Numbered from the stretch's first letter, positions 1 through 8,988 are shown. The stretch: DNA of 64,000 nt from an uncultured Alphaproteobacteria bacterium (GCA_934232895.1 CAKQGH010000001.1:3635-67634); one strand, 5' to 3'. A program made the numbers and translations. Notes: generated by a model from the sequence alone, not told the origin.

Positions 1-651
1 TTCGCGCGGGGTTTCTTTTTGAACAATGGATGCCAGTGTTAAAACATCGTTCCAGTTCGCCAATGGTTTTGGCGCGCGCCGCCCTGCCCGTGTCCAATTT
101 TCATGAACCGTGTTCATTTTCTGGCGCGCCAAATCCAGCACCGCCAAACGCGCCGTACCGCGCGCCACACGATATGTATCGGGGAACACATCGCCATCGC
201 GCAAATTGCACACCGCCGCCGCCCCAGGCGCCGAACATTCAACCGCCCCGGTCAGCGACGCATCCGCCAGCAATTGATTTTTGATTTGCCGTATGGTCAT
301 ACCCTCGGGAATAACGATTGTGGTTGTGGCAACGCGGCCACGCGCCAAAATGTGCGCCATACGCCACACACTGGTGCCACGCGGCACATCATATTCGCCA
401 CTTTGTATTTTACCGCCATGCGCGCGCACCGCGAATTTGAACATATCGGGCGACGATATCAAATTGGCCGCAACCAAACCATTTGCAACCGACGCAACCG
501 ACGCACCACGCGACACATGAAAAGTTGTCATCTGGTGTACCGGCGACGCAACACCAAACGCATACACAATTCCAACCACCCCCAGCGCAATTACCGCAAT
601 TGATAACTGGGCTAGTTTACTGATGTGAATGTGTATTTTTTTGCGTTTCAT
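1..651 (-). CDS. mltG: Endolytic murein transglycosylase MltG (YceG-like), N-terminal 217 codons; gene runs off the left edge
   Basis: Not in ORF track (truncated). Manual minus-strand translation from ATG at 651..649: MKRKKIHIHISKLAQLSIAVIALGVVGIVYAF (TM anchor) ... VIPEGMTIRQIKNQL ... FPDTYRV ... LTLASIVQKETPRE, the YceG/MltG pattern; frame open to base 1. Confidence 0.75.
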   Translation of the reverse strand, partial: MKRKKIHIHISKLAQLSIAVIALGVVGIVYAFGVASPVHQMTTFHVSRGASVASVANGLVAANLISSPDMFKFAVRAHGGKIQSGEYDVPRGTSVWRMAHILARGRVATTTIVIPEGMTIRQIKNQLLADASLTGAVECSAPGAAAVCNLRDGDVFPDTYRVARGTARLAVLDLARQKMNTVHENWTRAGRRAPKPLANWNDVLTLASIVQKETPRE

Positions 652-659
652 ACGGCGCC

Positions 660-2342
660 CTATTTTTCATCGTCCTTGCCAAAACCGATTGTACTTTTAA
701 TCGGGTCAACAATTGCATTTTTGGTGCTGTCAATCGTGCGAATCAACGCGCGCTTGATTTTACCACTGATTGTCATAGGTAAACTGTCCACAAATTCGAT
801 TACACGCGGGCATTTGTATGGCGCGGTGCGATTACGAACATGCTGTTGCAATTGCCCCTTCAAAAATTCGGTCTGCTGAAAATATTTGTTCAGAACAATT
901 GTCGCCTTGACCGCCATACCACGCGATGCATCGGGAATACCGGTGACGGCAACCTCGCGCACGGCGGGATGTTCCAGCAATACCGATTCAACCTCGAACG
1001 GGCTGACGCGGTATCCAGATGTTTTAATCAAATCGTCATTACGGCCAACAAACCAATAGTACCCATCGGCATCGCGGTATGCGACATCACCCGTGTGATA
1101 CACGCCATCGCGAAACGCCGCCGCGGTCAATTTTTCAGCATTGTGATAGCCCTGGAATAACCCAACCGGGCGACCATTTTTCAACGATACGCAAATTTCG
1201 CCAACCGTGTCATCGGGCACCGGGCGACCACGTTCATCCAATAATTGAACATCCCACCCGGCGGCTGGCATACCCATACTGCCCGGGCGCGGTTCAATCC
1301 ATTCGTTTGTAAACAGCATCAGGCAAGTTTCCGTTTGGCCGAAACCCTCGCGCAATTTAATGCCCGTCTGTTCCAAGAATTTATAATATACCTCGGGGTT
1401 TAGTGCCTCGCCCGCGATATCAACCTTGGTCAATGCCGACAAATCATATTTCGACAAATCACCATGTATCAGCATTTTATACGCAGTTGGTGGCGCACAG
1501 AACGATGTCACATGATTTTCCGACATCGCGGTCAACAAATCGTGTGCGGTTGCAATCCCCGAAAAATCATACACAAACACAGTTGCGCCCGCCATCCATT
1601 GACCATACATTTTACCCCACGAACATTTTGCCCAACCCGATTCGGACACCGTCAAATGAATGTCGCCATCGCGCAGACGCTGCCAAAACACGGCTGTATT
1701 GATATGCCCCAACGGGTATGTGAAATTATGCGCAACCATTTTTGGTAAATCGGTTGTACCACTGGTGAAATAAATCACCATGGTATCACTGTTTTCATTG
1801 GGCACACGCGTAAATGTTATCGGTTCGTTTTCGGTTGCGCGCGCAATTTCATCGTGCGAAATCAATTGAATTGCACTGTCACCAATGGCGGTTTTAATTT
1901 CGTTCATAACCGAACCATCATCAAACGCAATAATCGCCGCAACCCCGGCTGTATCAATACGATACTTGATATCCTCGGCCTTTAATTGATTGGTTGACGG
2001 GATTGGAATCGCACCCAATTTGTGCATGGCCATCATTAAGATCCAATATTCCCAACGACGACGCATAAACAACAATGCCGTGTCGCCCTTTTTCAAACCA
2101 CGCGACGCCAAAAAATTTGCCACCGCATTTGACATTTGTGACAAATCACGAAATGTAAAAGTCTTTTTTTCGCCACTGTCATTTGTCCACAGTAATGCAA
2201 CCTTGTCGGGTTCTTCGACCGCCAGAACATCAATCACATCGTATGCAAAATTAAAGTTATCTGGAATAACTGGTACCGCATTTTGCAAATAATCATCATA
2301 GTTGTCGAATTTATCCTTTTTCAGAAATCGTAATGCAAACAT
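660..2342 (-). CDS. AMP-dependent acyl-CoA synthetase/ligase (medium-chain type)
   Basis: ORF 660..2357; adenylate-forming motifs YFTSGTTDLPKMV, GYYWFVGRNDDLIKTSGYRVSPFEVE, ISGKIKR. Start moved to ATG 2342 (MFALRF) because AAGGA lies 7 nt upstream; no SD before 2357. Confidence 0.85.
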   Translation of the reverse strand: MFALRFLKKDKFDNYDDYLQNAVPVIPDNFNFAYDVIDVLAVEEPDKVALLWTNDSGEKKTFTFRDLSQMSNAVANFLASRGLKKGDTALLFMRRRWEYWILMMAMHKLGAIPIPSTNQLKAEDIKYRIDTAGVAAIIAFDDGSVMNEIKTAIGDSAIQLISHDEIARATENEPITFTRVPNENSDTMVIYFTSGTTDLPKMVAHNFTYPLGHINTAVFWQRLRDGDIHLTVSESGWAKCSWGKMYGQWMAGATVFVYDFSGIATAHDLLTAMSENHVTSFCAPPTAYKMLIHGDLSKYDLSALTKVDIAGEALNPEVYYKFLEQTGIKLREGFGQTETCLMLFTNEWIEPRPGSMGMPAAGWDVQLLDERGRPVPDDTVGEICVSLKNGRPVGLFQGYHNAEKLTAAAFRDGVYHTGDVAYRDADGYYWFVGRNDDLIKTSGYRVSPFEVESVLLEHPAVREVAVTGIPDASRGMAVKATIVLNKYFQQTEFLKGQLQQHVRNRTAPYKCPRVIEFVDSLPMTISGKIKRALIRTIDSTKNAIVDPIKSTIGFGKDDEK

Positions 2343-2480
2343 TTTTATTCCTTTCATCAGTACTGATAAAATATGACAAAATTTTTGATATTTACAAGTG
2401 TAAATGAAAAATAAAAGTTGTTGATTTTTTGTTCTGCGCGTTGCACAATCCGTGGCGCATAGAAAACAGTAGTTAGTTTT

Positions 2481-2516
2481 CGGAGTGTAGCTCAGCCTGG
2501 TAGAGCGCTACGTTCG
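2481..2516 (+). pseudogene. Orphan 5' half of tRNA-Pro (36 nt), exact copy of 2908..2943
   Basis: CGGAGTGTAGCTCAGCCTGGTAGAGCGCTACGTTCG identical at both sites; copy stops after the 2nd anticodon base; no T arm or 3' acceptor strand follows. Confidence 0.9.
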
Positions 2517-2617
2517 CCCGTCTGGCCGGTTGCAAAGCAACCGCCGCAGCCGCGGTTCAGCGGCCAGGACGCAAGACGGAGCGTCGCGGCGTAGAGAAGC
2601 GAAGCCGGACGGTTTCC
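2517..2617 (+). other. GC-rich hairpin-dense segment (candidate structured RNA/DNA element of the cassette)
   Basis: Hand fold: 2519..2527 CGTCTGGCC pairs with 2562..2571 GGCCAGGACG (1 bulge) enclosing perfect hairpins GGTTGC-AAA-GCAACC (2528..2542) and CCGC-AGCC-GCGG (2544..2555). Confidence 0.4.
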
Positions 2618-2635
2618 AACAAAAAGACCCCAGAA

Positions 2636-2875
2636 ATGTATTATACGTATATTTTGGAAAGCATAAAAGTCCCCGGACATTTTTATGTTGGGTATACCAA
2701 TGATTTGCGTCTGCGTTTAAGCGAGCACAACGGCGGGACATGCCGTTACACAAACATGTACAGACCATGGACAATAAAAGCATACTTTGCTTTTAATGAA
2801 AAAGAACAAGCAGAACGATTTGAAAGTTATCTGAAAACACATTCAGGACGCGAATTTCAAAAAAAGTATTTGTAA
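2636..2875 (+). CDS. Small GIY-YIG (URI-domain, COG2827-like) nuclease, 79 aa
   Basis: YTYILES..GHFYVGYTNDLRLRLSEHN ... EKEQAERFESYLK matches GIY / YIG / Arg / Glu spacing of stand-alone GIY-YIG proteins; no obvious SD. Confidence 0.8.
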   Translation: MYYTYILESIKVPGHFYVGYTNDLRLRLSEHNGGTCRYTNMYRPWTIKAYFAFNEKEQAERFESYLKTHSGREFQKKYL

Positions 2876-2896
2876 TTTTTAAATAAAGGTATAATA
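2870..2896 (+). promoter_or_regulatory. Candidate sigma70-type promoter for the intact tRNA-Pro
   Basis: TTGTAA (2870..2875), 15-nt spacer, TATAAT (2891..2896), 11 nt before tRNA position 1; lies inside the cassette. Confidence 0.3.
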
Positions 2897-2907
2897 TTGT
2901 CAGCATT

Positions 2908-2984
<77 letters not shown>

Positions 2985-2993
2985 AAATAAAGA

Positions 2994-3019
2994 ACACCAC
3001 TCTTGTGGTGTGTTTTTTG
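2994..3019 (+). terminator. Rho-independent terminator after tRNA-Pro
   Basis: ACACCAC-TCTT-GTGGTGT followed by GTTTTTTG. Confidence 0.6.
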
Positions 3020-3020
3020 T

Positions 3021-3052
3021 ATCTATTCTCTATGCTCTATTATCTATTCTCT
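3021..3052. repeat. Low-complexity tract ATCTATTCTCTATGCTCTATTATCTATTCTCT (about 4 degenerate 8-mers)
   Basis: Same type of tract recurs at 10681..10712, 21067..21096, 23407..23425, always next to an A-run/GCGCC-type hairpin/T-run. Confidence 0.8.
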
Positions 3053-3079
3053 AAAAAACGCCCCGTTGGGGCATTTTTT
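3053..3079 (-). terminator. Terminator of fabF (bidirectional hairpin)
   Basis: AAAAAA-CGCCCC-GTT-GGGGC-ATTTTTT immediately after the fabF stop (3081..3083). Confidence 0.65.
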
Positions 3080-3080
3080 A

Positions 3081-4331
3081 TTACTGGCACCGTTTTAATA
3101 CCAACGATGCATTTGTTCCACCGAAACCGAAACTGTTGCTGATGGCGACATCAACCTTGCGTTTCTTGGCCACATTTGGCACCAGGTCGAAATTACCAAC
3201 CGCTTCTTCGGGATGTTCCAAATTGATGGTTGGCGGCACAACGCCATCACGAATAGCCAATGCACAGAATATCGCCTCGACCGCGCCGGCCGCCCCCAAC
3301 AAGTGCCCTGTCACAGATTTTGTTGACGACATAGATACCGGCAAATCACCAAACAATTTTTGAACCGCCGCCAATTCGCCCATATCGCCCAAACCAGTTG
3401 ATGTCCCATGCGCGTTTACATAATCAACATCTGACGGTTGCAACCCGGCGTCACGCAACGCCGCACGCATCGCGCGCAGACCGCCCTCGCCCCCTTCGGC
3501 CGGTGCGGTTATATGATATGCATCGCCCGACAGACCATATCCAGCAACCTCGGCATAAATTTTGGCACCACGCGCCACGGCGTGTTCATATTCTTCCAGA
3601 ATTAAAATACCGGCACCTTCGGACATAACGAAACCATCGCGGTCTTTGTCCCACGGGCGCGATGCCGCGGTTGGGTTATCATTGCGCGTGGACAATGCCT
3701 TCATCGCGTTAAATCCCGCAATGCCGATAACATCAATTGCACCTTCGGTTCCACCGGCAACCATAATGTCGGCATCCCCATGTTCGATTAAACGCGCCGC
3801 CTCGCCAATTGAATGGGCACCGGTCGCGCATGCGGTCACAACCGCCAGGTTTGGTCCCTTTAAACCATATTTAATGGAAATGTGACCCGCCGTCATATTG
3901 ATAATAGATTTTGGAATAAAGAACGGGCTGATGCGGCGCGGACCACCATTATACAATTCAATACAGTTTTCATAAATAGATGTCAGCCCACCAATACCCG
4001 CACCAACCGACACACCGATGCGTTCTTTGTCACCATCATAATCAATCAGCCCCGCATCACGCAATGCCTCGTCAGCGGCAACAACACCATACATAATAGA
4101 TTTATCCATTTTGCGCATTTCGCGTGGATCTAAAACAGCCTCGGGATTATATTGGCCGGGCTCGGTCCCACGGACCGGAATACCACCAATTTGCGTTGCC
4201 AATACCGATGCATCAAAAGTATCAATTTTGCGAATTCCAGAATTCCCCGCAACAACATTTTTCCACGCATATTCAACACCGGTACCAACAGGCGATACAA
4301 TTCCCATACCAGTAATAACTACTTTTCTCAT
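3081..4331 (-). CDS. fabF: 3-oxoacyl-ACP synthase II (KAS II)
   Basis: ORF 3081..4358 trimmed to MRKVVITGMG (ATG 4331, AAGGA upstream); active-site Cys context VVTACATGAHSIG, His motifs NAHGTSTGLGD and TGHLLGAAG; follows acpP. Confidence 0.92.
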   Translation of the reverse strand: MRKVVITGMGIVSPVGTGVEYAWKNVVAGNSGIRKIDTFDASVLATQIGGIPVRGTEPGQYNPEAVLDPREMRKMDKSIMYGVVAADEALRDAGLIDYDGDKERIGVSVGAGIGGLTSIYENCIELYNGGPRRISPFFIPKSIINMTAGHISIKYGLKGPNLAVVTACATGAHSIGEAARLIEHGDADIMVAGGTEGAIDVIGIAGFNAMKALSTRNDNPTAASRPWDKDRDGFVMSEGAGILILEEYEHAVARGAKIYAEVAGYGLSGDAYHITAPAEGGEGGLRAMRAALRDAGLQPSDVDYVNAHGTSTGLGDMGELAAVQKLFGDLPVSMSSTKSVTGHLLGAAGAVEAIFCALAIRDGVVPPTINLEHPEEAVGNFDLVPNVAKKRKVDVAISNSFGFGGTNASLVLKRCQ

Positions 4332-4454
4332 AACTTGTCCTTTGTCATGGTTAAACACAGTGCAATGATAAACTGTTTATCACATAAAATACAGAAAAAA
4401 ATCCGCCGCCAGGCATACACCCGTGCGACGGAACATTTTTACTGAAACGCCGGA

Positions 4455-4688
4455 TTATTTCTGGTGCGCTTCGATATACTTGACAGCATCACCAACTGTG
4501 TTCAATTTTGCAGCTTCTTCGTCTGGAATGGTGATATCGAATTCTTTTTCCACTTCCATAACGAATTCGACGACATCCAAAGAATCAGCACCCAAATCGT
4601 TCACGAATGTGGAAGTTTCGGAAATAGTATCTTCCTTGACATTCAATTTTTCGGCTACGATTTTCTTTACTTTTTCAAAAGTTGTCAT
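4455..4688 (-). CDS. acpP: Acyl carrier protein
   Basis: 77 aa, phosphopantetheine attachment motif [10 protein letters not shown]; directly upstream of fabF. Confidence 0.95.
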   Translation of the reverse strand: MTTFEKVKKIVAEKLNVKEDTISETSTFVNDLGADSLDVVEFVMEVEKEFDITIPDEEAAKLNTVGDAVKYIEAHQK

Positions 4689-4805
4689 TTTTTATCCTTT
4701 GTTTCGGTTAATTTTTTGGCCCGCACTGGGGCGTCGTTATCTAAAACTATCATTTTATGGCCCAGGTGTCAAGAAATTATAACAAACGGTAACAATTCCC
4801 AAAAA

Positions 4806-5807
4806 TTACAGCGCCAATAATTCGGCCAACAATTTGTTCATATTATCGCGTATATCCTCGCGGTCAGACGCCCAAACCAATTGCCGCATCAAGAATTTAT
4901 TTACATCATCCATTGTCACATTCGGGGTTCCCGATGCCGCCGCAATCGCGCGCCACGCATGACGCGGGTCGATCAAATGGCCGCGCCCCCGTCCGGGGAA
5001 AACCCACCGACCGTTTTGCGGTAAATCCTGCAACAAAACGACCGCCAAATCAGACAAAGGTTTGTCATTCCACATATAATGATTGAAATCTAAATCGCGC
5101 CACTGCATTGCAAAGATTTGTGATTTTGGCGCAAACCCATACACCAACATTAAAAACGCCGCGCGCAGGTTTGGCGACTTTTCACGCTTTATTGCATTCA
5201 CCAAGCGCACAAAACCGTGTTTGTTCAACGGGCGCACACGACGATTTTGTTCTATCTTTGGTAAATCGGTAATGGGACTGGCCGCGATGCACCCGATGGA
5301 CGCCGCATATAAAAACATACTTTGCAGTAAATCCTGGATACGCGCGGCAATGGCCGGCCCATCGATTTTTGAAATAACCGCCACACAATCATCACGCGAA
5401 ATATCCGATATGTTTTTATCAAACAAATCGCCCAAATGGCGGAGAATCGAACGCATCAGTTTTGCCCGCGATGCATCTGTGCGGCGCACACGACCCGCCA
5501 TATACAGATTCACCAGTTTTTCAAAACTCATTTTGCGGTTGCGTGTCCTTATCGGTGCATCAGCCCGCGCCAACGCATCCGGCACGGCGCTGCGCGCGTC
5601 TTCGATATCCATATCTGGGTAATTACCAATTATAATGCGCGTATCGCGGCCACGCACACGGTGGCGCACAAAAAAAGTTTTTACGCCACGACTGGTAATA
5701 TACATACGCAAACGCGGTTCAGACAAATCCTGGACAACATCAAAACCCGCCGCCGGCGACGGCAAATTATCCAATATGAACGGATTAAAAAAGAATTGAT
5801 GTGCCAT
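4806..5807 (-). CDS. Tyrosine-integrase-like protein (P4/DUF4102-type N-terminus) that appears catalytically degenerate
   Basis: N-terminus LPSPAAGFDVVQDLSEPRLRMYITSRGVKTFFVRHRVRGRDTRIIIGNYPDMDIEDAR resembles the integrase arm domain. In the C-terminal half the expected TGxR, HxLR and terminal Tyr positions read YGFAPKS, MDDVNKF and no Tyr. Confidence 0.6.
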   Translation of the reverse strand: MAHQFFFNPFILDNLPSPAAGFDVVQDLSEPRLRMYITSRGVKTFFVRHRVRGRDTRIIIGNYPDMDIEDARSAVPDALARADAPIRTRNRKMSFEKLVNLYMAGRVRRTDASRAKLMRSILRHLGDLFDKNISDISRDDCVAVISKIDGPAIAARIQDLLQSMFLYAASIGCIAASPITDLPKIEQNRRVRPLNKHGFVRLVNAIKREKSPNLRAAFLMLVYGFAPKSQIFAMQWRDLDFNHYMWNDKPLSDLAVVLLQDLPQNGRWVFPGRGRGHLIDPRHAWRAIAAASGTPNVTMDDVNKFLMRQLVWASDREDIRDNMNKLLAELLAL

Positions 5808-5825
5808 GGCGCATTCCCCAAATTT

Positions 5826-6221
5826 TTACTTTACGCGTTCATATTTGTTGGCCCAAAAATTTCTTTTGGTCAAAATTAAATTTTTATACGCGTCGCGCAG
5901 TTGAAAATAATGCACATTCCATGAACGCATAAAGCATGACCGATCTGTGCATTTGTGTTCGCTGTCAAATTGCGAACAACTGTGCACATCAACAGTCAAG
6001 CGGTTTGAATGTGGATTTACATCAACATAGTATTTCAGGCACGCATTCAAATCATCAACATCACGCGCACGGTCAATAATCCATCCCATATCTTGATACG
6101 CCATCATCATTTCGGCACGCAGTTTTTTGCAACGCTTTTTCAACGCGCGGTATTCGGCACTGTCAATTGCGCGAATGCTGTATGGAACTTTCTGGCAATA
6201 TTTTGCCCACTTTGCAATCAT
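5826..6221 (-). CDS. Hypothetical Cys-motif protein, paralog 1 of 3 (131 aa)
   Basis: GGGGGA SD; shares AEYRALKK-type N-terminal helix and C-x8-C-x4-C ... N-x2-Y ... NFW C-terminal block with 6236..6628 and 6641..7075. Confidence 0.6.
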   Translation of the reverse strand: MIAKWAKYCQKVPYSIRAIDSAEYRALKKRCKKLRAEMMMAYQDMGWIIDRARDVDDLNACLKYYVDVNPHSNRLTVDVHSCSQFDSEHKCTDRSCFMRSWNVHYFQLRDAYKNLILTKRNFWANKYERVK

Positions 6222-6235
6222 ATTTTCCCCCGGTA

Positions 6236-6628
6236 TTATTTGGTACGTTCACCAAAGAAATAACGATTTACCGCATCACAAGATTTTTTATAATCATCGG
6301 CGGCTTCTATATATTCTTTGTTTTGTTTATACGACGGGCAGTTTTTATGACAGCACACGTGTTTTTCATCAAAGAAACGACAACGATATTTAGCAATCAC
6401 TTCTTTTCTGTGACCAAAAATATTTACTGGACGACTCATCATATACGACACACACCACGGCTGCACGCCACTATGCAAATCATGACCATCAACCCCATCG
6501 GCCCAATCATGCGGCAATTCAACAACCATTTTATCGGCCGCGTCACACGCAATGCGATATTTTTCATCACGTGATTTTTTCAATGCATTATATTCTGCAA
6601 AGAATCCTTTAATTTTTTCAATAAACAT
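6236..6628 (-). CDS. Hypothetical Cys-motif protein, paralog 2 of 3 (130 aa)
   Basis: AAAGGA SD; AEYNALKK ... CRFFDEKHVCCHKNC ... NKEYIEAADDY ... NRYFF. Confidence 0.6.
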   Translation of the reverse strand: MFIEKIKGFFAEYNALKKSRDEKYRIACDAADKMVVELPHDWADGVDGHDLHSGVQPWCVSYMMSRPVNIFGHRKEVIAKYRCRFFDEKHVCCHKNCPSYKQNKEYIEAADDYKKSCDAVNRYFFGERTK

Positions 6629-6640
6629 TTTTACATTCCT

Positions 6641-7075
6641 TTATTTTGATTTTTGTTTGTTTGCAAACGCGAGATATTTTTCGTTCCAGAAATTTTCCAA
6701 GCGCGCATTTAACCGTTCGCACTTGTCAATGGCACGAAAATATTCGGCATTTTTTTCATGCAGTTTGCACCCACGGTTTATACATTGCTGTGATGTGAAA
6801 TACTGGCATGGATATGAAAAAGCATAATACGGACGATCTATGCGGATATGATTACCAAAAGTATCAGTCACATACGACACTCGTATAATGCACGTCCGGT
6901 AAAACCAAATGCCTGGTGTCAACAAAATATGTCTGGTGATATTGCGTTTCTTTTCATCACGAACATCACACGCACGATTGTATTTTTTCACCAATTGATT
7001 GTATTGCTCAATGTCATTGGCACGCGTCTGCTTGTCTACCATCAGTTTATATTTCAACTTTTGTATCAGCATCAT
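6641..7075 (-). CDS. Hypothetical Cys-motif protein, paralog 3 of 3 (144 aa)
   Basis: AAAGGA SD; EQYNQLVKK ... CQYFTSQQCINRGC ... NAEYFRAIDK ... ENFWNEKY. Confidence 0.6.
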   Translation of the reverse strand: MMLIQKLKYKLMVDKQTRANDIEQYNQLVKKYNRACDVRDEKKRNITRHILLTPGIWFYRTCIIRVSYVTDTFGNHIRIDRPYYAFSYPCQYFTSQQCINRGCKLHEKNAEYFRAIDKCERLNARLENFWNEKYLAFANKQKSK

Positions 7076-7090
7076 TTTTTATCCTTTTGT

Positions 7091-8887
7091 TCAAGACACC
7101 TTCAGTGCATTGATAAACGCGCTTTGTGGAATTTCAACATTCCCAAATGTGCGCATACGCTTTTTCCCCTCCTTCTGCTTCTCCAACAGTTTGCGTTTGC
7201 GGGTAATATCCCCGCCATAACATTTCGCCGTGACATCTTTGCGATACGCGGCTATAGTTTCACGCGCAATAATTTTTCCACCGATTGCCGCCTGTAATGG
7301 TATTTTGAACTGGTGGCGTGGAATTAAATCTTTTAACTTTTCAACAATTTGGCGACCACGGCGTTCGGCAAAACTGCGATGACACATAAACGACAACGGC
7401 TCTACATTTTCATCGTTGACCAGAATTGAAACCTTGACCAAATCAGACGGTTGATAGCCATTGACCACATAGTCAAACGATGCATATCCCGACGATATGG
7501 ATTTCACCCGGTCATAGAAATCGAACACTATTTCTGCCAATGGTAATTGGTATACCAAAACCGCACGATTTCCAACATAGGAAATATTTTCTTGGACCCC
7601 GCGTCGTTCCGAACACAATGACATTATTCCGCCCATATATTTATCAGGCATCATAATTGTGGCGCGAACCCACGGTTCTTCAATCGATTCGATTTTGGTC
7701 AAATCGGGCATATCAGCCGGATTTTCCAAATTAATCGTCGTGCCGTCGCGCAAATGCACCTTGTACAGCACACTGGGCACCGTGTTTATCAGCGACAAAT
7801 TAAACTCGCGCGCCAGGCGCTCGCTGATAATTTCCATGTGCAGCAATCCCAAGAAACCACACCGCAACCCAAACCCCAGCGCAGACGACTTTTCCGTTGT
7901 GAACATAAACGACGCATCGTTCAACGCCAGTTTTTCCGCACTGTCGCGCAGGTCTGGATAATCATCGGCCGACACCGGAAAGAACGACGAAAACACGACC
8001 GGCACCGATGGTTTGAACCCCGGCAACGGTTCGGCATTCTGGGCAAATTTTGCGTCGGCAATGGTGTCACCCACACGGCAATCATGAATAGTTTTCATTC
8101 CCGTGATAATAAAACCAATTTCACCGGTTTCCAGTGCATCTGTATCAATCATCTTGGGTGTAAAGTATCCGATTTTTTCAACCGTGTATTCCGCCCCGGT
8201 TGCCAGGAATCTGATTTTCTGGCCACGCGATAACTTGCCGTCAACCACACGCACCAACACCACCACGCCCAGATACGAATCGTACCACGAATCGACCAAC
8301 AGCGCGCGCGTCGGCGCATTTTCATCGCCGTGCGGCGACGGCAATTTATGCACAATTTCTTCCAGCAATTCGGGAACGCCCGCCCCGGTTTTGCCCGACA
8401 CACACATTGCATTTTCGGCGTCCAGCCCAATAACATCGGCAATTTGTTCACGCGTCGCCGCAACATCACTGGACGGCAAATCAATCTTGTTCAACACCGG
8501 CAACATTTCCAAATCATTGTCCAATGCCAGATATGCGTTCGCCAGTGTTTGCGCCTGAACACCCTGGGTCGCATCAACCAGGACCAGCGCGCCCTCGCAC
8601 GCGGCGAGACTGCGCGACACCTCGTAAGAAAAATCGACATGTCCCGGCGTATCCATCAAATTCAATTGGTATATTTGCCCATCGCGCGCATGATAATTCA
8701 GACGCACCGTTTGGGCCTTTATCGTAATACCGCGTTCGCGCTCAATATCCATAGAATCCAGAACCTGGGCCTTCATCTCGCGCGATTGCAGGCCACCGGT
8801 ATATTCAATCAACCGGTCCGACAGGGTCGATTTACCGTGATCGATATGTGCAACAATGGCAAAATTTCTGATATTTTTTTGACGCAT
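7091..8887 (-). CDS. lepA: Elongation factor 4 (LepA)
   Basis: ORF 7091..8935 trimmed to [21 protein letters not shown]; GTPase motifs [21 protein letters not shown]; LepA C-terminal region. Confidence 0.93.
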   Translation of the reverse strand: MRQKNIRNFAIVAHIDHGKSTLSDRLIEYTGGLQSREMKAQVLDSMDIERERGITIKAQTVRLNYHARDGQIYQLNLMDTPGHVDFSYEVSRSLAACEGALVLVDATQGVQAQTLANAYLALDNDLEMLPVLNKIDLPSSDVAATREQIADVIGLDAENAMCVSGKTGAGVPELLEEIVHKLPSPHGDENAPTRALLVDSWYDSYLGVVVLVRVVDGKLSRGQKIRFLATGAEYTVEKIGYFTPKMIDTDALETGEIGFIITGMKTIHDCRVGDTIADAKFAQNAEPLPGFKPSVPVVFSSFFPVSADDYPDLRDSAEKLALNDASFMFTTEKSSALGFGLRCGFLGLLHMEIISERLAREFNLSLINTVPSVLYKVHLRDGTTINLENPADMPDLTKIESIEEPWVRATIMMPDKYMGGIMSLCSERRGVQENISYVGNRAVLVYQLPLAEIVFDFYDRVKSISSGYASFDYVVNGYQPSDLVKVSILVNDENVEPLSFMCHRSFAERRGRQIVEKLKDLIPRHQFKIPLQAAIGGKIIARETIAAYRKDVTAKCYGGDITRKRKLLEKQKEGKKRMRTFGNVEIPQSAFINALKVS

Positions 8888-8960
8888 GCGGCAATAATAC
8901 ACCAGTATATTTGAACTTTCAACCGTATTTTTCACTATTTCACTGTATCACTTTATCACT

Positions 8961-8988
8961 AAAAATGTCGCCGTATGGCGACATTTTT
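8961..8988 (-). terminator. Terminator after rbfA
   Basis: AAAAA-TGTCGCC-GTAT-GGCGACA-TTTTT adjacent to rbfA stop. Confidence 0.6.

Larger units (their letters stand above)
2517..2907 (+). mobile_element. 391-bp GIY-YIG cassette between the duplicated tRNA-Pro 5' halves
   Basis: Bounded on both sides by the 36-nt direct repeat; holds a GC-rich hairpin block, a 79-aa GIY-YIG ORF and an AT-rich spacer with TATAAT. Confidence 0.5.

Noticed and set aside
4806-7075. Integrated island or prophage remnant delimited by att repeats related to the nearby tRNA-Pro
   Set aside because: I could not see any direct repeat of tRNA-Pro 3' sequence around 4700..4810 or 7075..7095. fabF and acpP lie between the tRNA and the integrase-like gene, and there are no phage structural genes. 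I kept only the narrower observations.
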